Shown one piece after another: positions 11,901 through 22,373 of a DNA stretch of 64,000 nucleotides (position 1 is its first letter; every line of letters starts with the position of its first letter). Under the pieces are notes generated by a model. The model worked only from the letters and a program-made list of their open reading frames with translations. It was not told where the DNA came from and did no database searches. The position numbers were made by a program, and so were the translations under genes. Source of the stretch: Lepidodermella squamata. Its lineage: Eukaryota > Animalia > Gastrotricha. The stretch covers positions 310,001-374,000 of the forward strand of contig JBLDXI010000032.1 of assembly GCA_047495785.1 (NCBI GenBank), written 5' to 3'.

Positions 11901-13993
11901 CTCACTATCGATTCTCACTATAAAAAGTGAAGGTCGAATGAATTCCTTAGGTATCTACACATTTGCACCGTTAATCATGTTTTTCAGATTTTATTCATTC
12001 ATCCACTTCTTCGATTCAGTCACAATCATGGTCTTCAGGCAGTGCCAACAAAAAATTGCTTGTTTCTCTCGATCCAATAGAAGATAATATTTTCCTTCAA
12101 GCAGTGGAGACGCCAAAGGGTAAGAAAGTCCGCGGACATTCGTCGAAAAAAACATTTAATACTCCTGTAAGCTTTTTGACACATTATTCTTAACCAAATT
12201 ATTAGACACTGCCCGCTGCTACAATTAGGCTGTTTTATTTTTTGACAAAAGCTCACTGAAAAAATTGCTTTAATTTTCTCAATGTCTGCTTTGTAATGCA
12301 GTCCTAATTATATTCCTACAGCATTTCAATACTCTTTGATTCTCTTCAAAAACATAGGCAGTTTGTGGCGATCGGCGGCAAGCTCCATTACGGCGAAGCG
12401 GTCGATAGAGGGCTGCGAAATTCGCGGCTCCTTTGTTCAATATTTGCGGAAATCCACGACGTTCACGGACATCTTGGTCGGCATGCCGTCATCAATTTGA
12501 TGAGAATGGAATTCTACAAGGTCCCGGATGCCCTGATCTACGAATATCTACAAGAAATCTGTCTAAAATCAGGATGTCCGTCGAATTTTGATAACGATTC
12601 TGCTGATAATGATATGGTTTAACCGAATCTTTCTGCTCAAGGTATCCTGAACGCATATTCAGGCATGACACCCACACAATTGTACTCTTTACTTGCTAGT
12701 AAGGTTCAAAGTCATCAATGGGTTCTACACGCCGGCGCCAGCTCGCAAATGTGCAACAATCCACGTCTTTTCAGAGATCCGACACGGCTTGCCGAGCAAA
12801 CCAATGTCGACCTGGGAAATGTGCGTCGAAATCCTGCCTAAATCCTGCCTACTAGTCCTGCCAATGCCTACAGGCTCCAGCAAGCGTTCAGCGCTAATGG
12901 GTCCTGGTACTTGGGTTCCTTACGTATACGATCGCCTCAGGAGCTGTTCCGCTTCAGTGCTGTTACTCAGTATCTGTTGAGTGCAGCACGGTTTCAAATA
13001 TTTGCCAGGCATGCCATTGACAACCGTTACATGCAACCCACCACTCCAGCTCCGGGTCAAGTGGCTGAGTCTGTCACTCTGTTTGAGGAAGCCAAAACGG
13101 CAGTTGCCAACGTGTTGGCCTCCATCCGTTGTTTTGCGCCTGTACTTCCATTGTGAGGGGTGTCATGTTGATACGCATTCCGTATTGCATATATGCAGGT
13201 CAAACCGCGAGCACCAACAACTCACTGATATTACCTGCACTTGGCAACCTGGATCTGGCTCAGCTACAAAAAATCATCCAGTCGAAACACTTCCAAATCC
13301 GTTTAAATTACCTCAAGGAATTAATCGAAGAAAGGTTACTAGACCTACCATGGTTCCACCAGGAAGTCTTAACTATGGTAATACGCGAGCTACTGTTCAC
13401 GATTGTGCCGTTGGCATGTATGGTATGGAAATGTGAGAACTCATTTTCTTCATCACGAATCAGCATTTTCGACTCCTGCTACCAAAATGAGTCAGCAGCA
13501 ACCTCGCAAATTCAATTTCCTATCATCTGCCGTGTTGCAACAATCGATTTCTGTTAATCGGAGTTTGACTTCCAACTACCGATTTCGGCCGCCTCAAATA
13601 AATACCTCACTACCGACTCCGACAACCCGCAATGTTGCTGCTAGATTGAAAAATCAGGCGCAACAATGCGAACAATAACGAAGAGGAAAACTACACGCTG
13701 AGTTGCTTTTTTGCTCAATCTCAAGTCACCCGGTTATTATCGCTAAATCTGTAGGCCTCAAAAATGAGTATTGCAAAGCGAAATACGAATAGCTATGTCG
13801 AAAATAAAATTGCCACCTTAAAAATCTCAAACTCACACATTTTTTTGAACAATTCAGCAACACGATTGCAGTTGTTCATATCAGCAAAAAGCCGTAAATG
13901 CTCGACGGTATCGACCGGCTGTGGGACGTTAGTTCCAGTCGCAGCAGCTGCATAATCGAAGTCAGCTCCAAAAGTTGCCCGGACGGTTTCCAT
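5976..13993 (-). CDS. TPR/helical-repeat family paralogue 2 (735 aa; exons 13993-13837, 11620-10935, 7340-5976)
   Basis: Exon 1 METVRATFG ends at donor GTGAGT (13836, phase 1), matching acceptor TTTTTAG at 11621. Donor GTTCGT at 10934 matches acceptor TTCCAG at 7341 (phase 0). The joined protein is colinear with paralogue 1 (RRLLTSGERSAEVYL vs RRLTTAGERSAEVYL; TAPLNDLSFY vs TPPFNDLSFY). Confidence 0.85.
7857..8045. repeat. 63-bp tandem repeat, about 3 copies
   Basis: The unit GCCGCCAGTTCAGGTGCTCCCAAGGTTCCGCCCACCGCCAACGATCAGGCTGGAACCAATGCT starts at 7857, 7920 and 7983. The third copy diverges. Confidence 0.95.
9255..9430 (+). mobile_element. Helitron Rep/Helicase fragment
   Basis: SVKLPVHLPHERGVLF...KSMLESFFELNRVARD matches the Helitron linker motif 'V.RL.VHLP..Q.V.F...TML..WF.LN..D..AR'. 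A frameshifted YRI.CEFPI lies just upstream. Confidence 0.65.
9712..10840 (+). mobile_element. Internally deleted Mutator-like (MULE) element with terminal inverted repeats
   Basis: Left end GTGTTACTTCATACAGGGTATTTCAAACAGTGATAATTTCATAC (from 9718) matches the reverse complement of the right end (GTGTTAGTTCATACAATGTACTTCATACAGTGATAATTTCATAC, ending about 10833). Subterminal GTGATAATTTCATAC motifs are also inverted. The internal sequence FFEYIDSYW...WCVY...RTNNFAEG...HPNVWRF is a MULE C-terminal motif. Confidence 0.75.
12365..12622 (+). mobile_element. Integrase zinc-binding (H2C2) domain fragment, Gypsy/Ginger-like
   Basis: IHDVHGHLGRHAV...EFYKVP...IYEYLQEICLKSGC follows the H..GH.G...C..C pattern. 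Lies in intron 1 of paralogue 2. Confidence 0.5.
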
Positions 13994-14144
13994 TTTGCTC
14001 ACAATTTAATTAATAAATAATCTAAATAAATAGCAGAAAATGGTAATACTGTTTTTTATTTTTCGTCAAACGTATCTATGATTTTGAGCAAGCATTTATC
14101 GCCTATAAATTCTGATATATTTGGTCCTCATTTTTCGTCACAGT

Positions 14145-17100
14145 CTAATCATCTTCATCATCTCCTTCCTGAGATTCGATCAATCGGTCCAAAGCATCGA
14201 TGCAGCTATCTTCCGCAATTTTTTCAGCCTTTTTAAGCAGATTTCGATAGCTCCGATCAGCGTTGAGAATAGCCGGTAGGACGATGCCCGCAGCGAATGA
14301 ACCGACAATGGGGTCGACCGCAGCTGCTTTAGCTCGCTGTGATGTGGGCGCGGGGGTGGAAACGATGGCTTTCACAAGTTTCTGAACCATGCCCATCGAA
14401 CGCTTCTGCTCGTCGTTGGTGTCGAAGCTGAGGGCGGCGGCCACGCGAGTCTTCACGCGGTCTTTCATCGTCAGCAGGTAGTACCTAAAATGCAAATTTG
14501 GTAAATTTATCATTAAGATTGAAGGGACTAAATTTAATGAAGCTGAATTAATCGTGACTCCGCTTTGAAATAAGCGGCCCCAGCTTAAAAGAGAAAAAGT
14601 AGCTGAAAACAAAGCTCAATCCGATCCTACACTTCCACCGGATCTACAACACCTGTTACTATCACTACGGCTGATGTTATTAGTACACTCAAAATCGTTT
14701 TGTTCAGCTCAGATGAAATTCGCTCCTCATTTCTAGCCAATGCATTATCTTTTAGATCTTTTCCAGCATTAAAACCTGGAAGTCTTTTCCATTACTCCAA
14801 CTTGAGTAATGGAAGCTTCTGTTGCCGTCTGCGCACTCTTAGGACTGATAACAGTACTGACAATTGAAGCGCTGGCCGCATTAATGGAACAATTTTTAGC
14901 CGGTTTGCTTTCTGGAGTAGCCTTCACGGTTGCTGCCTCCAGCGCATACCACGTAATATCGCGCTATCGCGATCGCGATCGCCAGGCCAGCGACGAAGAC
15001 ACCGTAGAGCTAGGTCTTCTGAACAACACTGCCGGCAGCACGGCCGGCACCTCAATTTCTGAAAATGTCGATGGCTAATTTTCGTTGCTCCTCTATAGCT
15101 AGCAGCATTCTCTTCTTAGTGCCAGATAATCACTTTCGATTTTAATTTCGCTCAACTCATACCCATGGCGTAGAAACTTGGATGGAAGCTCAAAATATAT
15201 TCAACTAATTCGTAGGTTAATTTCATGGTATAATGGACATTTTTATTGCCGGATTTGTTCGTGGGGCTGCGTTAGCTGCGTGGGGCTACACAAGCGCCTT
15301 CGAGCGCCTGAAAAGTTACCTAGAACGACGCCGAGAAGCTGAATGCCGAGGCCAAGAGGTAAATGTCCAGTATTTAAATTCTAGTGGCCTCTAGCCAGGT
15401 AAGGAAAAAGTTATTTCCTTCCACTCGCTTAGGCTGTTCCCTAAACTAAGCAGCATCACGCGAGCCTTGCTAGAAATAGTAACATGGCTAATATTACATT
15501 CCTTATTTTAATAGATTTTATTGTTCATGGATTATTTTTTTGGCGGTTTAATTTCCGGAGTGGCCTTCGCGGCTGTTGTCTCCGGTGTTTACCACATTAT
15601 ACGCTATCGCGATCGCGATCGCCACCAGGCGACGAATCGCGACGAAGACGCTGTTGAGTTAGGCCTTTTGGACAATACTTCAGGCAGCGGCAGCACGACG
15701 GCGTCGATCGCCTTTTCGACCCCAATCGTTGTTCGGTATCCAAAAAAGCCCGATCTGTCTGAAGCCAATGGCCCCGCGTACAACACGCGAGGGCGGCGGC
15801 TCGACGCCAATGACGAAGTGAATTTTAAACGAAGAGATAATTTTTAGTCGTATAGAAATTGAAAATTGAAACTGAGCTTTGTGTTTATATCAGATTCATC
15901 AGAAAGGGTTGGCATTATCAGGTAACGGCTATAGAATATCTCAAGTCTGAAATCAAGCTTATAACGCTTCTTTGCATGAGCTCACGGCTTAACTAAATTT
16001 TCACCAAGCTTTGCTTCATCTAAAATTCCACCTTAAAAGCCTTTCAATTCATTTTCCATCTGCAATATTCACTAGCTAAAATTCACGCACCGTGCGATAA
16101 ATGGTAACTATCGACAATTTGTCACCGTTGAAGCCGTGAAGCAGAAGAGATAGCTCAACAGCCGCCGCGTTACTGAGCGAACTCGGACCCGCAAGCCATT
16201 TCAGCATTCGAGAGATGACCATTGATGAGTTTTATCAAATCACTCAAAAAAATCGTTCACTCGTAGATGAAAAAATTTATTTGACTTTACTATTTTCAAA
16301 AACCTGATGAGTGTGTTAGGCCCAACTCTAAACCAACTCTAACAATTTGACGTGGCGGAAAGAACTTACAGTGACAAGCTCGAATGAGCAACAACTGCCG
16401 GCAACACCAACAACACTATAAGGGCAATGCCCACATTCTCACAATTGTTGAACATCTTTGCCACTTCGCCCAAGCAAAACCGATGAAAACAATCACACCT
16501 GAAGCGACGGCCGATGCCCTTGAATCATATTTCTTGCAGTACGGAATACCCGACGTTCTACTTACTGATCGTGGCTTTCTCAAAGGAATTTCAATTAATC
16601 ATGTAAGTGGCCCCAAAACAGCCCGTTTTTTCCCCCTTGACTATTACCTTCCTATAGCATGTCTGATATCGAAATGCATCAACTCAGCGCAGCCCTGCCC
16701 GAAACCGAGTCCGAAAACGAGTTCTTCGTAAAAACCATGGCTCAATCAGCTTTTCCTTCCGACGGCATCCTCGATGCTAAGTTCGACTTCCGTCTAACTA
16801 GGGCCCAGGTTGGCGAAGCGGCTTCCTCCATGAGTGGCGAACGCGACTGGAAGCTGCTGTTCATCCCTCTGATCCTTCAGCACATCACGTCTGCGCCCAT
16901 CAGGACCCGCGTTTTGAAGGCCATCGCCACCGCCTTCAAGGAAGCCCTTCTGCCTGCTCCTCCACTCGCTGTTCCTGCTGCTGCTCTCCTGTCCTCTGTC
17001 GTCACCGTCCCTGCTGTGCCGGATGCTCCTGCTGCGCTTCTTTCCCCTGCCCTGGCTCTTCAACTTTCGTCGCCCGGCCCTGCCTTGCTCGCACCGCGGC

Positions 17101-20100
17101 AAACTTGGCCATGCTACCAGCCGCTGTTGGGGGATTCTGTGGCGTCCAAAGCCAAAGCAAGGAAGTGATGACATGGCGAAGCATCAACCAAGTCAGGACC
17201 AGGTCAGGGATATCAACCCTTCAAAAACCGACACACCCGCGGTAAAATTTGCAAGGCTCGGAAACAAACAATTTTCTAAGCAAACTAATTGACGACCTGA
17301 AAGCGGGGCCTCGATAAGCCCGTCACTGCGCCTTAGCCGAGCTAAATTTGAGTATGTTTCGCGTTTTCTAGTTGTTTGCACTGCTGGCAATCTTACTAGT
17401 AAGAAGTAGTAATAAGCGGCTCGGCGCTAGTTACGTGTTATTGGCAATCCGATATGCAATTAAGAACTTACAATGACAAGCAGGCATTTGAAAAAGCATC
17501 GGTATCGTTCATAATCGTGATGAACGCCATCAATCGTTTCACCAAATCGGGCAAAATCGGTAAATCTGCCAGTTCGTTGTAGACGTTATTCAAATTCTTC
17601 GACAGCTTCAAAAACATTGCCAGGCAGTACAAGGCCGAACCAGGTACGCGGCTCATCTCCTCAGACGCACATGCACCAACAATATCAGCGACAGAGAACG
17701 ACGAACTGAACACGGCCTGGCGGAATTGCAGAGAGCAGGCCGCGAAACGGGCGATCATTCTGAACGCCTCGGTTCGAATAGTGACAACGCTAGCTGGGGG
17801 TAGTTTCGGGCAATTCCGCTTGCAATTGACAAGGTAGATAAGAGATTTAGCGAGAGATTTGACATTTTCCTCCTCAGCCGGGGTAGCTAACGGGGCGATT
17901 TCTTTCCGCTGATCCTGGCGGCGGAACGTCAACAGCAAATTATCCATGATTTTCAGAACCATTTCAACATCAGTCGATAATTTGGGGTGGGAGGCTAATT
18001 TACCGCGGTAATACTCGAGACGGCGGACGAATAGGCACCAGATACTAGGCCGAACCGAGCAAAGAGCTGCCGTCCTCTTATCACCTGTAGCTTTGGTCCA
18101 GAAACGAAGTGAAGACCCGGTTTCATCATGGGCATTGAACTCGAATCGGCTGACATTAGCCAAAATCGCTAGGCAGACTGAGACATCGTTTTTCTGGCCA
18201 GAAGTCACCGATTTTTCAATGCGTTGGAAAAACCACGGCTCTTCAAGCGATAAAGTGCTGATAACATCACAGATTTTGTCGTCGTAGCCCATGATGACGA
18301 AATAAGCAGCCTGGAAGTTGGTATGCCAGATGAAATCGTTGAACGGCGCCGTTTTCAGGAAGAAGGTCTGGCGGATTGATTCGTGTTGCGCGAGGCTGGC
18401 GATGAAAGAGCAGAAGGTGACGCAGACGCATTGGCCGAACTGCTGTTTTCGCAGGACTTGGCGCATAACGCCTCGTGTTGCGAACATTTTGGCGAAGTCG
18501 ACGATGTAGGAGACTAGCACGCCCTGTTTCAGGAGCTCTTCCGAGCACGTCGGGCAACACATCGCGAAGAGAACGTTCATCATGAAGAACAAGTAGATGT
18601 TCCGAGCGTCGACGAAAGACATTTTCGGGATGTCAATCTTCTGCTTGAGCAGGGTGTTCAGAGCTTGGCACTTGTTGATAGCTTTGCACATAGCAGGCAG
18701 CAGCACACCTGAAATTGAACAGTTTTACAGAATTAAATTTGATTTTTCATTTCAAATCTTGTCAATTCATGTTCATATACGACGAGTCTTTACACTCGCG
18801 CATGAATGCTCCATAGGACAGAAAATCAATGAAGATCTCCGCGACTCGACACCATCCGATGAGTTCAATAAGTTCCTCAAAGACCGGCCTACAGAGAAAG
18901 CTACCGAAGTCGAATTCGACTGCGACAAAGTCAAGAACCACCTGAAGGCGTCTAAGAAGGCATCTGTCTGCTCCGATCTACCGATGCGCTTCTGGAACGG
19001 AGCTGCCGAGGAGATCGTCTCCGCAATGACCATCATGAGCACAGCTCAATTAGGCTGTACTGCGAGTACAGTTCGCTTAGCTGTACTAGCAATTACATTT
19101 GCTGACGAGCGGAAAGATAGAGGTGAGGCTGGTTACTGCCAATCATTTGGAGAAAATCCTGATCGAGGAGTATGAACAAAATTTCGACTCGGTTTTTCCA
19201 GGGCGCCAAATCACTAACGTGAACGATAGATGAATCAATTTCGAAGGAAAATTTTATATTCTACGCGTATCGACCTCCATAATATTGTGATGGAAAGATT
19301 GATGCATAATACTTTGAAAAGAATACCAAAAAGTCTTCTTTTTTCTTTAGATTCTCCAATTTTAAAACGAATGACTCATCTCTAATGGGCTGTACTTTGC
19401 AATACAGTAAAATAAAAAAAAAATCACCAAAGTGCGGGTTCTTCCGCGACTTGAACAATATGACGCAGGATTTACGCGCAGTTGCAAGCCACAGACACAA
19501 GGCAATTAGCCTGGATCCTAGCACTTGCTATTTTCTTCATCTCTGTTTGACTAGTCTACTTCCACAGTCGTGTTAGTGCTATTAGAGAATCTAGTGGGTT
19601 CTTGGCTACACGATTATAACTAATTGACTATGCACGACAAGAGCGTGCGCCGGTGTGGACAAAATATTGCGAACTATATGCTATAAAGGCAGTGTCGTTT
19701 TCAATGTAAGCGAGCTGCGGTTTTGTCGAAAGACCGTCTCTGAACAGACTTGGTTATGGTTCAGGAATTTTATGAGGCAATACATATTTACCAGATTAAT
19801 CGGTCCGAATAAGAACTTCTTTGATTAATAAACAATATGCCATTGTTTAGATCCGCAAATAATTGCTATCTTACTATCGTCGACAATGCCAAACGTCGAG
19901 CCTCGCGATTTAGAGAATTTGGTCGTCCGTCGTCCTCGAATCGAATGGCGAGAGCGGTTAGCCACGATTTTCGTCGCTATCGTTGTTGGTGTGATTGTCG
20001 GGCTAGGTGGCGTGTATGTTATCCTAGATTCTATCGCGCGCACAACTTGCGCTCAACTTGGCTATACGCGTGTAAAGTGAAGTCAATAAAGTCTCATTTG

Positions 20101-22153
20101 TGATGTTTGTTTTGCTTGCGTCGCATGCAGACTAGAGCAGATGCACAGTACGCAACGCAGTGCAATCAAATCAGCCGAAAATGCAGTCTTGGTAACGCTG
20201 ATGTTTCGCAATCCAATTTGATCACAAGCGATCTACAAGGCGAAGTATGAAGAGCCTTGAGCTTGCGAGACGCAATCAAGAAATTTCAACTCAGCTTCCC
20301 AGCTGTAGGGTCACATTACTCAGAGAAGATTCGAATATACGATAACTCGAAGCCAGTTAGACTATTCAAGGCTTACTTGGCGAATTTCATCGCCCATTAG
20401 TTCTGCAGATCTCGAGGCTGATTGGTCAGCAGATAGCGATGATGATGAAATGGAAACCAAGCCGCCCTCTAGCCTTTCGTTTCACGAAGTTTTTCAGTCG
20501 TTGAACTTGGCGATTCACAAACCGATTAAAGACAGATGTGGAGTATGCTACTCCTACCAATTAAATCATCGCCCTATCTCTGTCGAAGAAGACGAGGCTC
20601 AAACTGCCCACCTTCGCTGCTGTGACATCGGTCGTAGAAAGCCTCTACTGACGCGAAGCACCTCATTTTCGACATGATGAAGGTTGTTCTCATTCCTCAA
20701 AGTCCAGTTAAAGATCTGGTATTTAGCCGGAAGCTGTCTATTCATACTGAGAATTTCTGCTACTATGAACCGCTAAAACCGGTAAATTTTATTTGGGACG
20801 AATCAAATGGCGGAATAAGTTCCAATGAACTTTCGTAGTTGTTGCACATTGTCCTGATCGAAGCGTTAAGTAGAGGTTGCGAACACCTCAAATCCTGGGC
20901 CGATTATTGTGGCTCGCAAAACAAAAACAAGCAGATGGTTGTAGTAATGCTCAAGGTCAATTATTTCTTTAATTATTTAAATTATGTATCCAAGCTCTTG
21001 ATCCTACCATTAATACTATGTGTACCCACCAATAGGAATATTACTGAAAATCAAGACACCTATTACTTATACTTATATGAGTACGGTGTGGATTTCACTT
21101 AACCTTGTTCGTTGATCCACAGCAAGGTAATTTTTTGATGTTTCATGCTTTTGTATGATTTCTATCACTCTAAATTGTGGTTTGGCCATGAAGATGACGA
21201 ATAAATGTCGAAACTAGTCAGAACGGCGGCGTTTGGCCTTTGAAATTATAATTATGAGCAAAATATCCGTTTACCATCAGATAACACGACTCGAAATAAA
21301 TTTATAATAATTCATACTAACCTGTGCACATTCCTTGAGATTGCTGGAAGTGATTGTTAAGGTGGATGAGCAGAACCGTCAGCAGCTTTTTAGACACATT
21401 CGGCGCCAGCAATCGATCGATAGTCGCCTTCAAATCTTGATCATCGAGCAGCTTCTTCTTGACCTTCAGCTCCTTCGCAATTTCCTCAATTTTAGCGATA
21501 GCGGCCTGCCGATCCGCTCCCTCAAACGACTTGGCATAGGTTCTAATGTACCGACGCGCGAATTCGACGTAACCAAGGTGGCAATAAGCTGTCGCATAGA
21601 CGAGATAGCCCTTCGCCCAATTTTCGCCGATTATATACACAGCATCTGAGACAACAGCGATCGCCTTTTCGTATTTACCCAGCTTAATATAGCACAACCC
21701 GGCATTGGTGTAGTAGCGCTTATCATACGGCGAGTCCTGGATCATTTTCTTGTACTTCATCAACGCCTCCTTATAACGACCGGCCGCAAACAGTTTGTTA
21801 CCCTCGGTGTGAGTATCGTTCGAAAGCCCCATGAAAACCGAGGGATTGTGCGAGATCATGCCGCGGCATCCGCGTCGAATTTCGTCATGGCGTTCATCGG
21901 CCTTTTCCTGCGACGAGCAAACATTCAAATACTCGAGGCAGTCCTTATTATCAGGCGGTTGAGCGTTCGATTCTGTTCCGTAATTGATGCAGCCGAATAG
22001 CTTTTCGAACATTTCTTTGCGCTCTTGAGAGTGCCATTTCATGCCCGGGAAAATTTCCATCGGTTTGTAGTTGTCGTTCGCAGCGTCCATTTGCTCACGT
22101 TGCAAAATGGCATCCTCGTCTTCGGAGGGAGATTCGGATGAACAAGAGAACAT
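14145..22153 (-). CDS. TPR/helical-repeat family paralogue 3 (802 aa; exons 22153-21322, 18708-17472, 14484-14145)
   Basis: Donor GTTAGT 21321 with acceptor TTTCAG 18709 (phase 1). Donor GTAAGT 17471 with acceptor TTTTAG 14485 (phase 2) gives ACLSL-YYLL, matching ACISLYHLL in paralogue 8. TPRs: TEGNKLFAAGRYKEAL, YYTNAGLCY, WAKGYLV. Confidence 0.88.
14809..15078 (+). CDS. Small single-pass membrane protein, nested microprotein family copy A
   Basis: From the internal ATG at 14884: MEQFLAGLLSGVAFTVAASSAYHVISRYRDRDRQ...EDTVELGLL, clearly paralogous to 15527-15847. Confidence 0.5.
   Translation: MEASVAVCALLGLITVLTIEALAALMEQFLAGLLSGVAFTVAASSAYHVISRYRDRDRQASDEDTVELGLLNNTAGSTAGTSISENVDG
15233..15394 (+). 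CDS. Small membrane protein, nested microprotein family copy B (53 aa, not in the ORF track)
   Basis: MDIFIAGFVRGAALAAWGYTSAFERLKSYLERRRE has the same M(D/E)xFxxGxxxGxA start and a basic segment after the hydrophobic stretch. Confidence 0.35.
   Translation: MDIFIAGFVRGAALAAWGYTSAFERLKSYLERRREAECRGQEVNVQYLNSSGL
15527..15847 (+). CDS. Small single-pass membrane protein, nested microprotein family copy C
   Basis: MDYFFGGLISGVAFAAVVSGVYHIIRYRDRDRHQ...EDAVELGLLDNT, paralogous to copy A. Confidence 0.5.
   Translation: MDYFFGGLISGVAFAAVVSGVYHIIRYRDRDRHQATNRDEDAVELGLLDNTSGSGSTTASIAFSTPIVVRYPKKPDLSEANGPAYNTRGRRLDANDEVNFKRRDNF
16420..16580 (+). mobile_element. Retroviral-type integrase core (rve) fragment
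   Basis: KGNAHILTIVEHLCHFAQAKPMKT..PEATADAL...FLQYGIPDVLLTDRG matches 'G..YILTIVD.FS.FA.A.P...YG.P..L.TD.G'. Truncated. Confidence 0.7.
16659..17168 (+). CDS. Unknown ORF with Ala/Pro-rich tail, possibly a transposon ORF1 remnant
   Basis: 169-aa ORF with coding-like composition, directly after an AG acceptor (CTATAG-C-ATG). No recognisable domain. Confidence 0.25.
   Translation: MSDIEMHQLSAALPETESENEFFVKTMAQSAFPSDGILDAKFDFRLTRAQVGEAASSMSGERDWKLLFIPLILQHITSAPIRTRVLKAIATAFKEALLPAPPLAVPAAALLSSVVTVPAVPDAPAALLSPALALQLSSPGPALLAPRQTWPCYQPLLGDSVASKAKARK
18840..19040 (+). mobile_element. Possible non-LTR retrotransposon fragment (just before the RT domain)
   Basis: KVKNHLKASKKASVCSDLPMRFWNGAAEEIVSAMTIM resembles the LINE segment 'V...L..LK..KA.G.D.IP..FL...A.EI...L..I'. 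Confidence 0.35.
19886..20080 (+). CDS. 64-aa single-TM ORF nested antisense in a paralogue 3 intron
   Basis: Hydrophobic stretch LATIFVAIVVGVIVGLGGVYVIL. TATAAA at 19682 and AATAAA at 20085, just after the stop. Confidence 0.35.
   Translation: MPNVEPRDLENLVVRRPRIEWRERLATIFVAIVVGVIVGLGGVYVILDSIARTTCAQLGYTRVK
20309..20956 (+). mobile_element. Degenerate DNA transposase, Sola/DUF7869-like
   Basis: Motifs in order, across frameshifts and stops: HY; LNLAIHKPIKDRCGVC; FDMMKVVLIP...SRKL; FIWDESNGG.SSNE; WADYCGSQNKN. Confidence 0.65.
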
Positions 22154-22373
22154 TGTGAAATAAAAACCTAAATTTCAACGATAATTCAATTTTAAATGAA
22201 GAAAAATCACTAGAATTTGCGATAAATTAAAAAACCCGCCTTAATAAAAACCGATTTTCGGAACAATTCCGTAAAAAAAAAGATTTCCCTCCAATTTAAA
22301 TTAAAATTAAAATTGCACTATATTTTATTTTTCTGAATAATATGGCTCTGTAATCAAACAGCTATGAAAAAGT

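Noticed and set aside
12981-13436. Possible SWIM-type zinc finger transposon fragment (HCEGCHV...TCTWQP)
   Set aside because: Too degenerate to support a call without a search.
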